Source: Patescibacteria group bacterium
Lineage (GTDB): Bacteria > Patescibacteriota > Minisyncoccia > Phycocordibacterales > UBA9973
DNA length: 64,000 nt
Assembly (NCBI GenBank): GCA_028865035.1
Contig: JAGWLB010000004.1
Location: forward strand, 1,294-65,293
Direction: 5' to 3'
Shown here: positions 28,501 through 37,921 of the stretch, piece after piece
Numbering within the stretch: position 1 is the first letter of the stretch
Layout of the letters: each line of letters starts with the position of its first letter
Notes under the pieces: generated by a model
What the model saw: only the letters and a program-made list of their open reading frames with translations
What the model was told of the DNA's origin: nothing
Databases searched by the model: none
Made by a program: the position numbers and the translations under genes

Positions 28501-28544
28501 CACAATAATAAAACCCCGTGTTTACACGGGGTTTTATTATTGTG
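28501..28544. terminator. perfect 20-bp palindrome (cacaataataaaaccccgtg / ttta / cacggggttttattattgtg). Bidirectional terminator that abuts the tRNA-Phe 3' end.
   Basis: Read directly. Confidence 0.65.
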
Positions 28545-28615
28545 CCTAGGCCCAGGGTCGAACTGGGGACCTATCCCTCTTCAGGGGAGCGCTCTACCAA
28601 CTGAGCTACCTAGGC
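28543..28615 (-). tRNA. tRNA-Phe (anticodon GAA)
   Basis: Reverse complement is GCCTAGGTAGCTCAGTTGGTAGAGCGCTCCCCTGAAGAGGGATAGGTCCCCAGTTCGACCCTGGGCCTAGGCA. Anticodon loop CTGAAGA. Acceptor GCCTAGG/CCTAGGC. Confidence 0.85.
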
Positions 28616-28705
28616 ATATTATACTTAATGAAACATTTTATAATAAATAACACATTCGTATTGTTTTTTCAACTAAAAACTACTTATGCAAAATTAAATT
28701 ATTTT

Positions 28706-29026
28706 TTATTTAAGTGAATTTAATAAATCCTGAACTTGTTGCTTGTTGCTATTTAAATTATTAACAACATCACCATAGTTCTTTACACCTGAAACTCCAT
28801 AGACATTAAGCAGATTTCCTAAAAATGGCTGTATAAAATAATATGCCCCTACTGATGATAAAATAATAATACCCCAGTAAACTACTCTATATATATTGGT
28901 CCATTTTTGAGAACGAACCATCTTTTTGAGCATTAGATTATTTTCTTTAGCAATATCTAAATTTTCTTGTAAAAGCTGTTTTGTCTCAGGATCCATGTCA
29001 CATACTTTAACATATTTAACTTTCAA
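28706..29026 (-). CDS. hypothetical small membrane protein (106 aa)
   Basis: Single TM helix (VVYWGIIILSSVGAYYFI). Confidence 0.45.
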   Translation of the reverse strand: MKVKYVKVCDMDPETKQLLQENLDIAKENNLMLKKMVRSQKWTNIYRVVYWGIIILSSVGAYYFIQPFLGNLLNVYGVSGVKNYGDVVNNLNSNKQQVQDLLNSLK

Positions 29027-29035
29027 TTAAAAGGG

Positions 29036-29050
29036 TGCCCTCGGCGGGAC
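29036..29050 (-). repeat. 15-nt direct duplicate of the tRNA-Arg 3' end (gtgccctcggcggga), 18 nt downstream of the tRNA
   Basis: Identical copies at 29036-29050 and 29068-29082. Confidence 0.6.
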
Positions 29051-29067
29051 CGTGATTACAATCATTG

Positions 29068-29139
29068 TGCCCTCGGCGGGAATCGAACCTACATCTATTC
29101 CTTAGGACGGAACTGTTCTATCCATTGAACTACGAGGGC
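29068..29139 (-). tRNA. tRNA-Arg (anticodon CCU)
   Basis: Reverse complement is GCCCTCGTAGTTCAATGGATAGAACAGTTCCGTCCTAAGGAATAGATGTAGGTTCGATTCCCGCCGAGGGCA. Anticodon loop GTCCTAA. One A:C mismatch in the T-stem. Confidence 0.75.
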
Positions 29140-29194
29140 AATATAAAAACACCATTGCTGGTGTCTTCATATTACGTCATTATGTAAAGAAATG

Positions 29195-29434
29195 CTACTC
29201 TTTAATACCTAGAAGTTCAGAAATTTTTGGTTTATTAAAACCAACTATTAGCTGATCACCTATTAAAATGACTGGCACTCCCATCTGACCACTTTTTGTA
29301 ATCATTTCTTGTCTCTTTTCCATATCGGTAGCGACATTAAAGTCTTGAAAATCTACATTTTTTTCCTTGAAAAAATCTTTGGCCATATGGCAGAAGTGGC
29401 AGGTCGGAGTACTATATATTGTTACTTTATTCAT
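29195..29434 (-). CDS. glutaredoxin-like protein (NrdH/YruB type)
   Basis: 79 aa with a thioredoxin-fold CxxC (TCHFC) near the N-terminus. Confidence 0.7.
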   Translation of the reverse strand: MNKVTIYSTPTCHFCHMAKDFFKEKNVDFQDFNVATDMEKRQEMITKSGQMGVPVILIGDQLIVGFNKPKISELLGIKE

Positions 29435-29516
29435 AATATTTTAGCCTAAATTGGCAGATAATTAATAATGGACTTTTATTATATCACAATAATAAATAGC
29501 GCAACACTTGACAGGG

Positions 29517-29587
29517 TGCGGAATAGGAGAATCGAACTCCTGCCCAATGCTTGGGAAGCACTAGTTCTACCACTAAACTAATTCCGC
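29517..29587 (-). tRNA. tRNA-Gly (anticodon CCC)
   Basis: Reverse complement is GCGGAATTAGTTTAGTGGTAGAACTAGTGCTTCCCAAGCATTGGGCAGGAGTTCGATTCTCCTATTCCGCA. Anticodon loop TTCCCAA. Confidence 0.85.
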
Positions 29588-29589
29588 AT

Positions 29590-29970
29590 TTATTTGCCAA
29601 AAAACTTTTTTACATAATCCCAAAAACTGTGACTAGTATTAGTCGGCGTGGAAACATTATTATTTTCTCCATCATTAACAATCACTACCATATTTTCACC
29701 AGGTTTAACAACTTGAAATTTATCTCTTATTGACTCTTCTACACCTTGAGTAGTATTTAGTTTATTAATATCACTTTGTAGACTATCTTCTCGTTTACGC
29801 AAATCATTGATTTTATTTAATTCAGCTACTTTGTTTTTATTGGTTTCTATTTCTTTCTCAAAAAGACCTTGTACATTATAAATAAAAAGCACTAAAACAC
29901 AAAAAATCAACAGAAGCATTATAGGTGAATGCCAAAATTTAGATTTATCTTTTTTCTTGAATTGTGCCAT
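29590..29970 (-). CDS. FtsB/DivIC-like septum formation initiator (TM plus coiled coil)
   Basis: N-terminal TM helix followed by a coiled coil (KNKVAELNKINDLRKREDSLQSDINKL). Confidence 0.45.
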   Translation of the reverse strand: MAQFKKKDKSKFWHSPIMLLLIFCVLVLFIYNVQGLFEKEIETNKNKVAELNKINDLRKREDSLQSDINKLNTTQGVEESIRDKFQVVKPGENMVVIVNDGENNNVSTPTNTSHSFWDYVKKFFGK

Positions 29971-30108
29971 AAAAACTAGTATAATTATAACATGATTTTC
30001 AGCGGGAAAAACAAAAAAAGAATGAGTACGATTTTTGCAGTAGTTTCAATCATAGTTATCATAAGTATGATTTTGCTTTATACATTGCCTTCATTTTTTA
30101 GTTAATTA

Positions 30109-31941
30109 TTAATCATTACCATTTTTCATCATTTTCAAGAATACATCATGAGAGATGTTTATTTTTGCTTGTGATTGCATTCTCTTTTTACCTTTCTTTT
30201 GCTTTTCTAATAGTTTCTTTTTACGACTAACGTCACCTCCTCCCACAACTTTACTACCATGCATAAGAACGTCTTTACGGAAAGATGACACTGACTCTGA
30301 AGCGATAATTCTACCTAAAGCTTTGCCTTGAATTTTAAATGCAAATTGTTGACGTGGGATGATTTTCTGCAATTTTTCTACTTGAGACCTGGCTTCTTCT
30401 TCTACTCGACGACGAGATACTACTCTTGTAAAAGCAATCATTGGTTCGTCAGCAACAATTATATCTAATCTTACAACATCAGCTTCTTTGTATTCTGATA
30501 TTTCATAAGATATCGATGCATAACCTGAAGTAATACTTTTTATATCATCAAAAAAGTTACGCATCAGTTCTCGCAAAGGCATAGTTAAATCAATGGATGA
30601 TCTATTATCTCCAAAATCTTCAGTCATTTCTACTTCAGCTTCATGATCATACAGGAAAGGCATAAGCTGACTCATATATATAGCTGGTGCAATAATTTTT
30701 ACATTAACCCACGGTTCAAATACTTTAGCTATATTGCCATCATCTGGAAAAAGATGTGGTGAATATATTATTTCTTCTTTGCCAGCTTGTCCAGATGGAC
30801 CACTACGCAATAATACTTTATATGTAATTGAAGGCATCGTAACTATAAGTTTTAAATCGAATTCACGATTTAATCTTTCTGTAATAATTTCAAGATGAAG
30901 CATTCCCAGGAAACCACATCGAAAACCTCGTCCTAAAGTACCTGAGGTCTCTTCTTCATATGAAAATGATGAATCAGACAAACGAAGTCGTCCTAAAGCA
31001 AGTTTAAGATTAGGAAAATCATCTTGGCTTTCAGGGTATATAGAAGCCCAAACAACTGGATAAGGTTTCATATAGCCTGGGAGTGCCTCCATAGGCTTCT
31101 TTGTGTAGGTTATAGTGTCCCCTACAGAAGCTATACCTGGCTTCTTAATACCAGTGACGATATAACCAATTTCTCCTGTACTTATACTGTCACGAGCTGT
31201 TTCTTCAGGTGAAAAAGTTCCAACTTCAAGTGAAATAAATTTTTCAGATGACACTGCAAAAAGAAGCGATTCCCCTTTTTTAAACATTCCATCTATTACA
31301 CGAACATAGACTATAACTCCACGATGATTATCATACTTGAAATCAAAAACTAAAGCTCTTCCAGACGAAGTATTTATTTCATTTTCTTTTGGAGCTGGAA
31401 TCCTTTTAACGATTTCATTTAGTAATTCTGATACACCTTGACCAGTTTTACCAGATACGCAAATAATACTATCTGGGTCAATATTAAGAAGAAGAGCTAC
31501 TTCCATTTTAACTTCGTCTATACGTGCAAGTGGTGAATCTATTTTAGAAATTACAGGTATAATTACTAACCCAGTATCACGTGCAAGTTGTAACGTTGTT
31601 AGAGTCTGTGCTTGTACACCTTGTGTAGCATCTACTAAAAGCAGAGATCCCTCCACAGCTTTCAAAGCTCTAGATACTTCATATGAGAAGTCTATGTGTC
31701 CCGGTGTATCTATTAGATTTAGAATATATTTATGCTCGTCGCATTCATATTCCATCCTAACTGGTTGCATCTTTATTGTAATACCACGTTCGCGTTCAAG
31801 ATCCATTGAGTCTAGAACCTGATTTTTCATCTTTCGCTTTTCAATAGTACCTGTGACTTCAAGCATACGGTCAGCCAGGGTTGATTTACCATGGTCAATA
31901 TGTGCAATTATTGAAAAATTTCTAATAGACTTAATATCCAT
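30109..31941 (-). CDS. lepA: elongation factor 4 (LepA)
   Basis: IRNFSIIAHIDHGKSTLADRML G-domain and the LepA-specific C-terminal domain. Confidence 0.9.
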   Translation of the reverse strand: MDIKSIRNFSIIAHIDHGKSTLADRMLEVTGTIEKRKMKNQVLDSMDLERERGITIKMQPVRMEYECDEHKYILNLIDTPGHIDFSYEVSRALKAVEGSLLLVDATQGVQAQTLTTLQLARDTGLVIIPVISKIDSPLARIDEVKMEVALLLNIDPDSIICVSGKTGQGVSELLNEIVKRIPAPKENEINTSSGRALVFDFKYDNHRGVIVYVRVIDGMFKKGESLLFAVSSEKFISLEVGTFSPEETARDSISTGEIGYIVTGIKKPGIASVGDTITYTKKPMEALPGYMKPYPVVWASIYPESQDDFPNLKLALGRLRLSDSSFSYEEETSGTLGRGFRCGFLGMLHLEIITERLNREFDLKLIVTMPSITYKVLLRSGPSGQAGKEEIIYSPHLFPDDGNIAKVFEPWVNVKIIAPAIYMSQLMPFLYDHEAEVEMTEDFGDNRSSIDLTMPLRELMRNFFDDIKSITSGYASISYEISEYKEADVVRLDIIVADEPMIAFTRVVSRRRVEEEARSQVEKLQKIIPRQQFAFKIQGKALGRIIASESVSSFRKDVLMHGSKVVGGGDVSRKKKLLEKQKKGKKRMQSQAKINISHDVFLKMMKNGND

Positions 31942-31985
31942 AAATCTATCCTACCAGAAAAGCATTGAAAATAAAAGGTTAAAAT

Positions 31986-33749
31986 TTATTCCATTATAAA
32001 ACCGCCAATTTGATGATTCCATAAATTGGCGTAATTGCCATTTTTAGATATAAGTTCATTATGAGTTCCTTCTTCCGAAATTTTTCCATCTTCGAAAACA
32101 ATAATTCTATCCATTTTCTGAATTGTTGATAAACGATGAGCGATAACTATGGTTGTTTTACCATTCATAAGTTCATTGAAGGCCTGCTGTATGTATTGTT
32201 CACTTATACTATCTAGTGAACTAGTTGCTTCATCAAGAATCAAGATTGGTGCATCTTTTATCATCGCTCTAGCAATAGCTATACGTTGACGTTCACCGCC
32301 AGAGAGTTTTACACCTCGTTCACCAACATATGTATCATACTTATACGGTAACTTTTCTATAAACTCATGAGCATGCGCTTTCTTTGCTACTTCTTTTATT
32401 TCTTCTTCTGTTGCATTTAGTTTACCGTAGGCAATGTTCTCACGAATTGTTCTATGAAATAAGATAGACTCTTGTGGTACATAAGATATAGCACTTCTAA
32501 GATCATCCTGGGTAACAGATTTAATATTTTGACCATCTATAGTAATAGCACCTGAATCTACGTCTGAAAAACGTAAGATTAAATTTGTGAATGTTGATTT
32601 ACCAGCGCCAGAATGACCAACAATGCCAATACGCTCTCCTGGCTTGATATCAATATTGAAATTATTAAATACTTTTTGTCCATTTTTATAAGTAAAATTA
32701 ACATTACTAAAAACAAGATGGCCTTGTTTCATTTGTAAAATTTCTGGATTTTGGGGATCTAAAATATCAGGGATCACATTGAATATATCAATCATTTCTT
32801 TCATATCTGCGGCAGATTTCATAAATTTTGTCAGAGAATTACCAAGGTTCCAAAGCCTATCAAAAACAATAACCATATATGTCTGTATTAAAACAACTGT
32901 TCCTGTACTAATCTGATTTTTAATCCACAAAGTAATCATTAGATAAAGAATGGCACTTTGAATAATGAAAATAAATACACCCTGAATAATATCGATTCTT
33001 CCAGCAAAGAACCAAGCTTTTTTACTACGAATTGCACCTTCATCAGTGTATTCTTTAAATGAATCTACCTCATTTTTTCTTGCTGAAAAAAATTTCACGG
33101 CTAAAATATTACTAAAAACATCGGCAAGACGTCCGCTTATTTTCGAATCTTGTTCGGCTTCATATAAATCATATTTAATTTTCTTTTTAACGAAAAATGA
33201 AACAACAGATATATGAATAATTATCCAACTTATAAAAATAATGCTTATTATTAATGATTGTCGAGTTAATACATAAAAAACTCCAACTAAGATAATAAAA
33301 AAATTTAAAAAATCGTAAAGGAATATATCAAACATTGTTTCAAAAGCACCTACAAAACGTCGAGATTTTGTCACTAAACTTCCAGCAAAAGTATTCGTAA
33401 AAAATGTTGGGGAATGATTTTCGATTTTCTGGAAAGCATAGTTACGCAACATACGCATTACGTTTATCTCAAATGAGTAATAAACAAATTTAAATATTCT
33501 AGCAAGCAATAAAGCAATAATACTTATACCGATAATAATAAAAACAACATTCATAAGGCTATGTGCTAGAAGAATATGATTTATATTTGTAGTAGAAAGA
33601 ATATCTATAATTTTCTTAAAATACAGAGGTCTTAGAATATTTTCTAAAAAAACCCTAAGACTAAATGCTATTATTATGACATAAAAAGCAGATGCATATT
33701 TACGCATCTGTGGCCAGATATATTTAAAGATATCTCCAAATAAAGACAT
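31986..33749 (-). CDS. ABC transporter, fused permease/ATPase exporter (MsbA-like)
   Basis: Six-TM N-terminal half. Walker A GHSGAGKST, signature LSGGERQR, Walker B ILILDEATS. Confidence 0.85.
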   Translation of the reverse strand: MSLFGDIFKYIWPQMRKYASAFYVIIIAFSLRVFLENILRPLYFKKIIDILSTTNINHILLAHSLMNVVFIIIGISIIALLLARIFKFVYYSFEINVMRMLRNYAFQKIENHSPTFFTNTFAGSLVTKSRRFVGAFETMFDIFLYDFLNFFIILVGVFYVLTRQSLIISIIFISWIIIHISVVSFFVKKKIKYDLYEAEQDSKISGRLADVFSNILAVKFFSARKNEVDSFKEYTDEGAIRSKKAWFFAGRIDIIQGVFIFIIQSAILYLMITLWIKNQISTGTVVLIQTYMVIVFDRLWNLGNSLTKFMKSAADMKEMIDIFNVIPDILDPQNPEILQMKQGHLVFSNVNFTYKNGQKVFNNFNIDIKPGERIGIVGHSGAGKSTFTNLILRFSDVDSGAITIDGQNIKSVTQDDLRSAISYVPQESILFHRTIRENIAYGKLNATEEEIKEVAKKAHAHEFIEKLPYKYDTYVGERGVKLSGGERQRIAIARAMIKDAPILILDEATSSLDSISEQYIQQAFNELMNGKTTIVIAHRLSTIQKMDRIIVFEDGKISEEGTHNELISKNGNYANLWNHQIGGFIME

Positions 33750-33791
33750 TGTTTTATACTATCAGAAAAGCATTGAAAATAAAAGGTTTTA

Positions 33792-35480
33792 TTATAATTC
33801 TTTTTGTTCTGGGGCAAGAACACGGCCACGCCAGAATTTATGACTTAGAGCACGAGCAAGATCAGATAACTCTTTGTTTTTCATCATAGCCAAAGCAAAT
33901 ACTCCAAAACTAATACCTATAATTCCCGATAAAAATCCTTGTAAAAATACCCCACGTCCAGTAGTAAGTCCAAAGATATCATCAAAATACGATAGAGCAA
34001 AATAAGTAACTACCCCCATAATAAGAGCACTAATAGTACTTTGCATAAACGTTTTAAATAATTTAAGTGAACGATTGCGTAAGAATTCTCTTCTAAATAA
34101 AAACCATATTAAGAAAAAATTCAAAAGTGAACCAAGAGCGTAAGCAAGTGGTAAAGCAAGCATTATAGTCCCGGGGACGCCTTGTACGCGAAGAAGATTT
34201 TCTAAACTCAATAGAACGTTTGGATATACAAGGAATATGTGGATGAAAAAATAAGCTAAAACAATTATCATTCCTGAAGAAAAAACATTCACCAATAAAG
34301 GTCTTTTAGTGTTTCCAGCAGCATAATAGCCTCGAACAAATAATAAAACTAGACTCTGTGATGCAAGTGAAATAATAAATAATGCAGCGGCAGCTGCAGT
34401 TAATCTTGTGTCAAACCAAGAAAAAGTATTAGAGCCAAGCACGACACGCACAATCTGTGCACGCAGAACAACAATAAGAACAATGACAGGTAGTGACCAG
34501 AATATAATTTGTCTAGCAGCAAGTATTATCTGATTAATAAAACCTTCCATATCTTTTACAGAGAATGATTTTACTAAAACAGGAAAAGCAGCAACTGAAT
34601 ATGAAATACCAATAATACCCACAGGCACTGACTGCAAATTATATGAAAAAGTAAATAAGGAAATTGATCCTGCTTTGAGAGTCGAAGCCATAGCAATAAG
34701 AGTAATGAAAGCTAAGCTATTACAGGATAAAGTAAATGTTCGTGGAGCTGATAATTTCACGACATTATATATCTCTTTCCAATCAATATGAGAGACGAAC
34801 TTTGGGAAAAATCCATGTTTTATAACAGTTGGTACTTGTATTGATAAATGCATTATTGCACCTATTATTACTCCTACCGCTAGACCGTAGACACCCATAT
34901 ATGGATATATAAATATAATTCCTGTAAGAATTCCAATATTGTAAAATATGGGAGACAAAGAAAAAATAAAGAAATTCCTAAATAGCTGAGTTATAGTGCC
35001 GATTAGATTTGATAAACCAATAAATATAGGCGAAAGTAGCATAATCCGACTCGTGGTTATTAATAGTTTAGTTTGTGTTTCAGAAAAACCGGGAGCTATA
35101 AAATGTGCAACATACGGCATAAGAATAGCAATGATAACACTAATACCAACCATAAATAACATATATGCAGTAAAAATATTATTAAGAAACTTACGAGCTT
35201 GATCTGATCCATCTTTATCTGAATGTATTTTATCAACAAGGAATGGTAGCAAAACTGTGATAGAAGCAAGTGAAGCAATAGATATATACAAGAAATCAGG
35301 TATTCGAAATGCCGCGTAATAAATATCAAGCATCGGACCTGCACCAACTATATGAGCAAGTGTTCTATCGCGAAGTAAACCTAATAACTGAGAAATAAAA
35401 GCAAAACTACCAAGAAGCAATGCGGCTTCGTTCACTCCCGTGAACTCCTTATTTAAGAATGTCAGTATTTTCTTAACCAT
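33792..35480 (-). CDS. murJ: lipid II flippase MurJ (MviN)
   Basis: About 14 TM helices. N-terminal LLGLLRDRTLAHIVGAGPMLDIYYAAFRIPDFLY. Confidence 0.8.
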   Translation of the reverse strand: MVKKILTFLNKEFTGVNEAALLLGSFAFISQLLGLLRDRTLAHIVGAGPMLDIYYAAFRIPDFLYISIASLASITVLLPFLVDKIHSDKDGSDQARKFLNNIFTAYMLFMVGISVIIAILMPYVAHFIAPGFSETQTKLLITTSRIMLLSPIFIGLSNLIGTITQLFRNFFIFSLSPIFYNIGILTGIIFIYPYMGVYGLAVGVIIGAIMHLSIQVPTVIKHGFFPKFVSHIDWKEIYNVVKLSAPRTFTLSCNSLAFITLIAMASTLKAGSISLFTFSYNLQSVPVGIIGISYSVAAFPVLVKSFSVKDMEGFINQIILAARQIIFWSLPVIVLIVVLRAQIVRVVLGSNTFSWFDTRLTAAAAALFIISLASQSLVLLFVRGYYAAGNTKRPLLVNVFSSGMIIVLAYFFIHIFLVYPNVLLSLENLLRVQGVPGTIMLALPLAYALGSLLNFFLIWFLFRREFLRNRSLKLFKTFMQSTISALIMGVVTYFALSYFDDIFGLTTGRGVFLQGFLSGIIGISFGVFALAMMKNKELSDLARALSHKFWRGRVLAPEQKEL

Positions 35481-35493
35481 TTAAACTACATTA

Positions 35494-37866
35494 TTAATGC
35501 TGAACTGGTAATGGTAGTTTTTGTGCTTTGGTTGTTGTATTTGTACTAGTTTTAAGATTTGTTGGTGGAGTTGTATTACTACTTGAAGATGGATTTGAGA
35601 TTGAATTTATAGCATCTTTAACATCCTGATTATCAGGCAAAGCTTGGCTTAGTAATTTAAATTGTGCCATTGCATCATCTGTACGTCCTACTTTTTTATA
35701 TGACTGACCAAGTAAGAAATGGGCATTTACATTACTTGGGTCAAGAGATATTGACTGTTCGAAAGCACTAATAGCTCCTTGGTAATCAGAATTATTATAA
35801 CGCAACAATCCAAGCTTAAAGAATACGGTAGGATCATTCGGTGCCGCTTGGCTAGCATTTTCTGCGTCAGCGATAGCTGCTGTTGGATTTCCTTCGTCAG
35901 TCTCAATCTGCGCAAGCAAGAACATAGCATCAGTGTAGTTAGGCTTTATTGCTAAAGCATTTGCTATGTATTTACGGGCTTCATCATTGCTTTTATTGGC
36001 AATTTCAAGTGAAGCACGTAATAAGGCTATCGATGGATTATTCGGTGCTAGAGCTTGAGCTTTGTTATAGTTTATGACAGCATTTTCATAACTATTTTGT
36101 ACAGATAAAGGTAATAGAGAGCTATCAATGTTACCTAGATTAACATAGTTCTGATATTGATTTGGGTTTTGATTGATTGCTAACTGTGCCGATTGTTGAG
36201 CAAGACTTACAAGCTGCTGGATATTTGATTTTAAAGTGTCTTTCGAAATAGTTTTATCGTTCAACATTACACTCATCTCGGCCAAATATATTTGAGAAAT
36301 AGTTCGATAATAAATATCATTCTGATCAAGCAATAATGCATTTGACAACATTTTCTCAGATTTAGAAAGAGAAGCTAAATCAGTTGCATTACTTGTAGAA
36401 CCTTTAGAGAAGTAAATGATAGAAGCAAATTTTTCAGCATAAACATAAGTAGTAGAAAGAGTAATCATCATTAGAACCATAAGCCCTAAGATAGAAAAGA
36501 AGCTATTACGTGGATCGCCTAAGAATGAAAAACTTCTAACTTTTATCGATTGATGGTAAACCAATATACCAATAATCATTCCACTTGAGATGAAAGCAAT
36601 AACGAACATAATTATATTAGGAGTATAGAATATTATTGTCGTCCACGAATAAATTGCTGTCATTAGCGCTGTCATAGTAAAGTAATTTGAAAGTGAATTA
36701 CGTAATACTTTATTCAAAGATTTAATACCTCTTAATAGAACAGTAACAAGGAAAAGTAACCAAGCAAAAATACCTAGCAATCCAGTAGTTACTGCAAATG
36801 TAAGCAGTGAACTGTAACCATTTGAAAAATCTATATTCCAAAACTGAGATTGTGCAATTGCTTTTGGTTGCCAAAGAGCCCAATCTAAATTAAATGTATT
36901 TGGTCCAGTACCAAGTAATGGATTATGCTTTATGGCTTTAAGAGCAATCTCTGATGTTGTTGTGATAAGTGGACGAACACTAGTATTAGGAACATTAATG
37001 TATCTAGTTATTAATCCACCAATAGAATTATTCCCAACCAAGAAAATCAAACATATAAATACAACAATAAGTGCGGTAAATGGAAACTTCTTTTTATTAT
37101 CACTATCATGAATAATATTTATTCCCGCTTGTTGAATTGAGATACTGTAAACAAAGATAATTATGGAAAACAAACCAACCATTACCCAAACAAGTGGTAG
37201 ATTAATAATAATAAGGAAGAATAACCCTACTACTAATAAGAAATACTGCATTACTAGGAAAAGTCCTTTATTTTTTAGAAATTCTATTGTAAATAAAGAC
37301 AGTAAAACAATTAAACCAAAAAACAAAACGAAATCATTCCAACTACCCACTAAATTACCTGATGAAATACCATTAAGTAAACCAGGGGCAAAACGTCCAA
37401 AACCAACAAATATATTTATGAGTTCGAAAACAGCTAATATAACTGCTCCCAAAAACATAACTCGATAGAAAGACCACAAACGTCTTTCAGTTTGAAAATA
37501 AATAGAAGATAAGAAAAAAAGTATGAACAAAACAAGTACAGAACCAAAAGTACCTATTTCAAAACCGCTACCGAATAGAGATACATATTTAGAAGATGAG
37601 AAGAATGATGAAATCAAAAAAACAATTGGTATTAGGGATGCAAATATTATTATCTTATCTTTTGGTATTAAAAATTTTCCTTCACCAAGACGTGCAATTA
37701 ACCAAAAGAATAGCGCTAAAGTCATACCTATAGACACAAGAAATCCTTTGCTTGCATCTAGAGTAACAGGAATATATGGTATAAAGAAAAACAAAGATAT
37801 GAATAATGTTGCTAAAATAGTAGTAAATGATAATTTATTAAAAAATTCAACTTTTTTTGATTCCAT
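35494..37866 (-). CDS. O-antigen ligase-like (Wzy_C) polytopic membrane protein with C-terminal TPR repeats
   Basis: About 12 TM helices followed by a soluble TPR-like region (AIADAENASQAAPNDPTVFFKLGLLRYNNSDYQGAISAFEQSISLDPSN). Confidence 0.5.
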   Translation of the reverse strand: MESKKVEFFNKLSFTTILATLFISLFFFIPYIPVTLDASKGFLVSIGMTLALFFWLIARLGEGKFLIPKDKIIIFASLIPIVFLISSFFSSSKYVSLFGSGFEIGTFGSVLVLFILFFLSSIYFQTERRLWSFYRVMFLGAVILAVFELINIFVGFGRFAPGLLNGISSGNLVGSWNDFVLFFGLIVLLSLFTIEFLKNKGLFLVMQYFLLVVGLFFLIIINLPLVWVMVGLFSIIIFVYSISIQQAGINIIHDSDNKKKFPFTALIVVFICLIFLVGNNSIGGLITRYINVPNTSVRPLITTTSEIALKAIKHNPLLGTGPNTFNLDWALWQPKAIAQSQFWNIDFSNGYSSLLTFAVTTGLLGIFAWLLFLVTVLLRGIKSLNKVLRNSLSNYFTMTALMTAIYSWTTIIFYTPNIIMFVIAFISSGMIIGILVYHQSIKVRSFSFLGDPRNSFFSILGLMVLMMITLSTTYVYAEKFASIIYFSKGSTSNATDLASLSKSEKMLSNALLLDQNDIYYRTISQIYLAEMSVMLNDKTISKDTLKSNIQQLVSLAQQSAQLAINQNPNQYQNYVNLGNIDSSLLPLSVQNSYENAVINYNKAQALAPNNPSIALLRASLEIANKSNDEARKYIANALAIKPNYTDAMFLLAQIETDEGNPTAAIADAENASQAAPNDPTVFFKLGLLRYNNSDYQGAISAFEQSISLDPSNVNAHFLLGQSYKKVGRTDDAMAQFKLLSQALPDNQDVKDAINSISNPSSSSNTTPPTNLKTSTNTTTKAQKLPLPVQH

Positions 37867-37921
37867 ATTTTTTCTTCTTAATATTAATGATATATATTAT
37901 ATTACAAAAAAACAAATAATA

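Noticed and set aside
29486-29497. 12-mer cacaataataaa shared with the 28501 palindrome arm
   Set aside because: A short AT-rich word. The match is likely chance, with no extended similarity around it.
30022-30108. 28-codon hydrophobic plus-strand mini-ORF (MSTIFAVVSIIVIISMILLYTLPSFFS) between the FtsB-like gene and lepA
   Set aside because: No RBS, lies between two minus-strand genes, too short to support. Could be a real micro-membrane peptide but cannot be argued from sequence alone.
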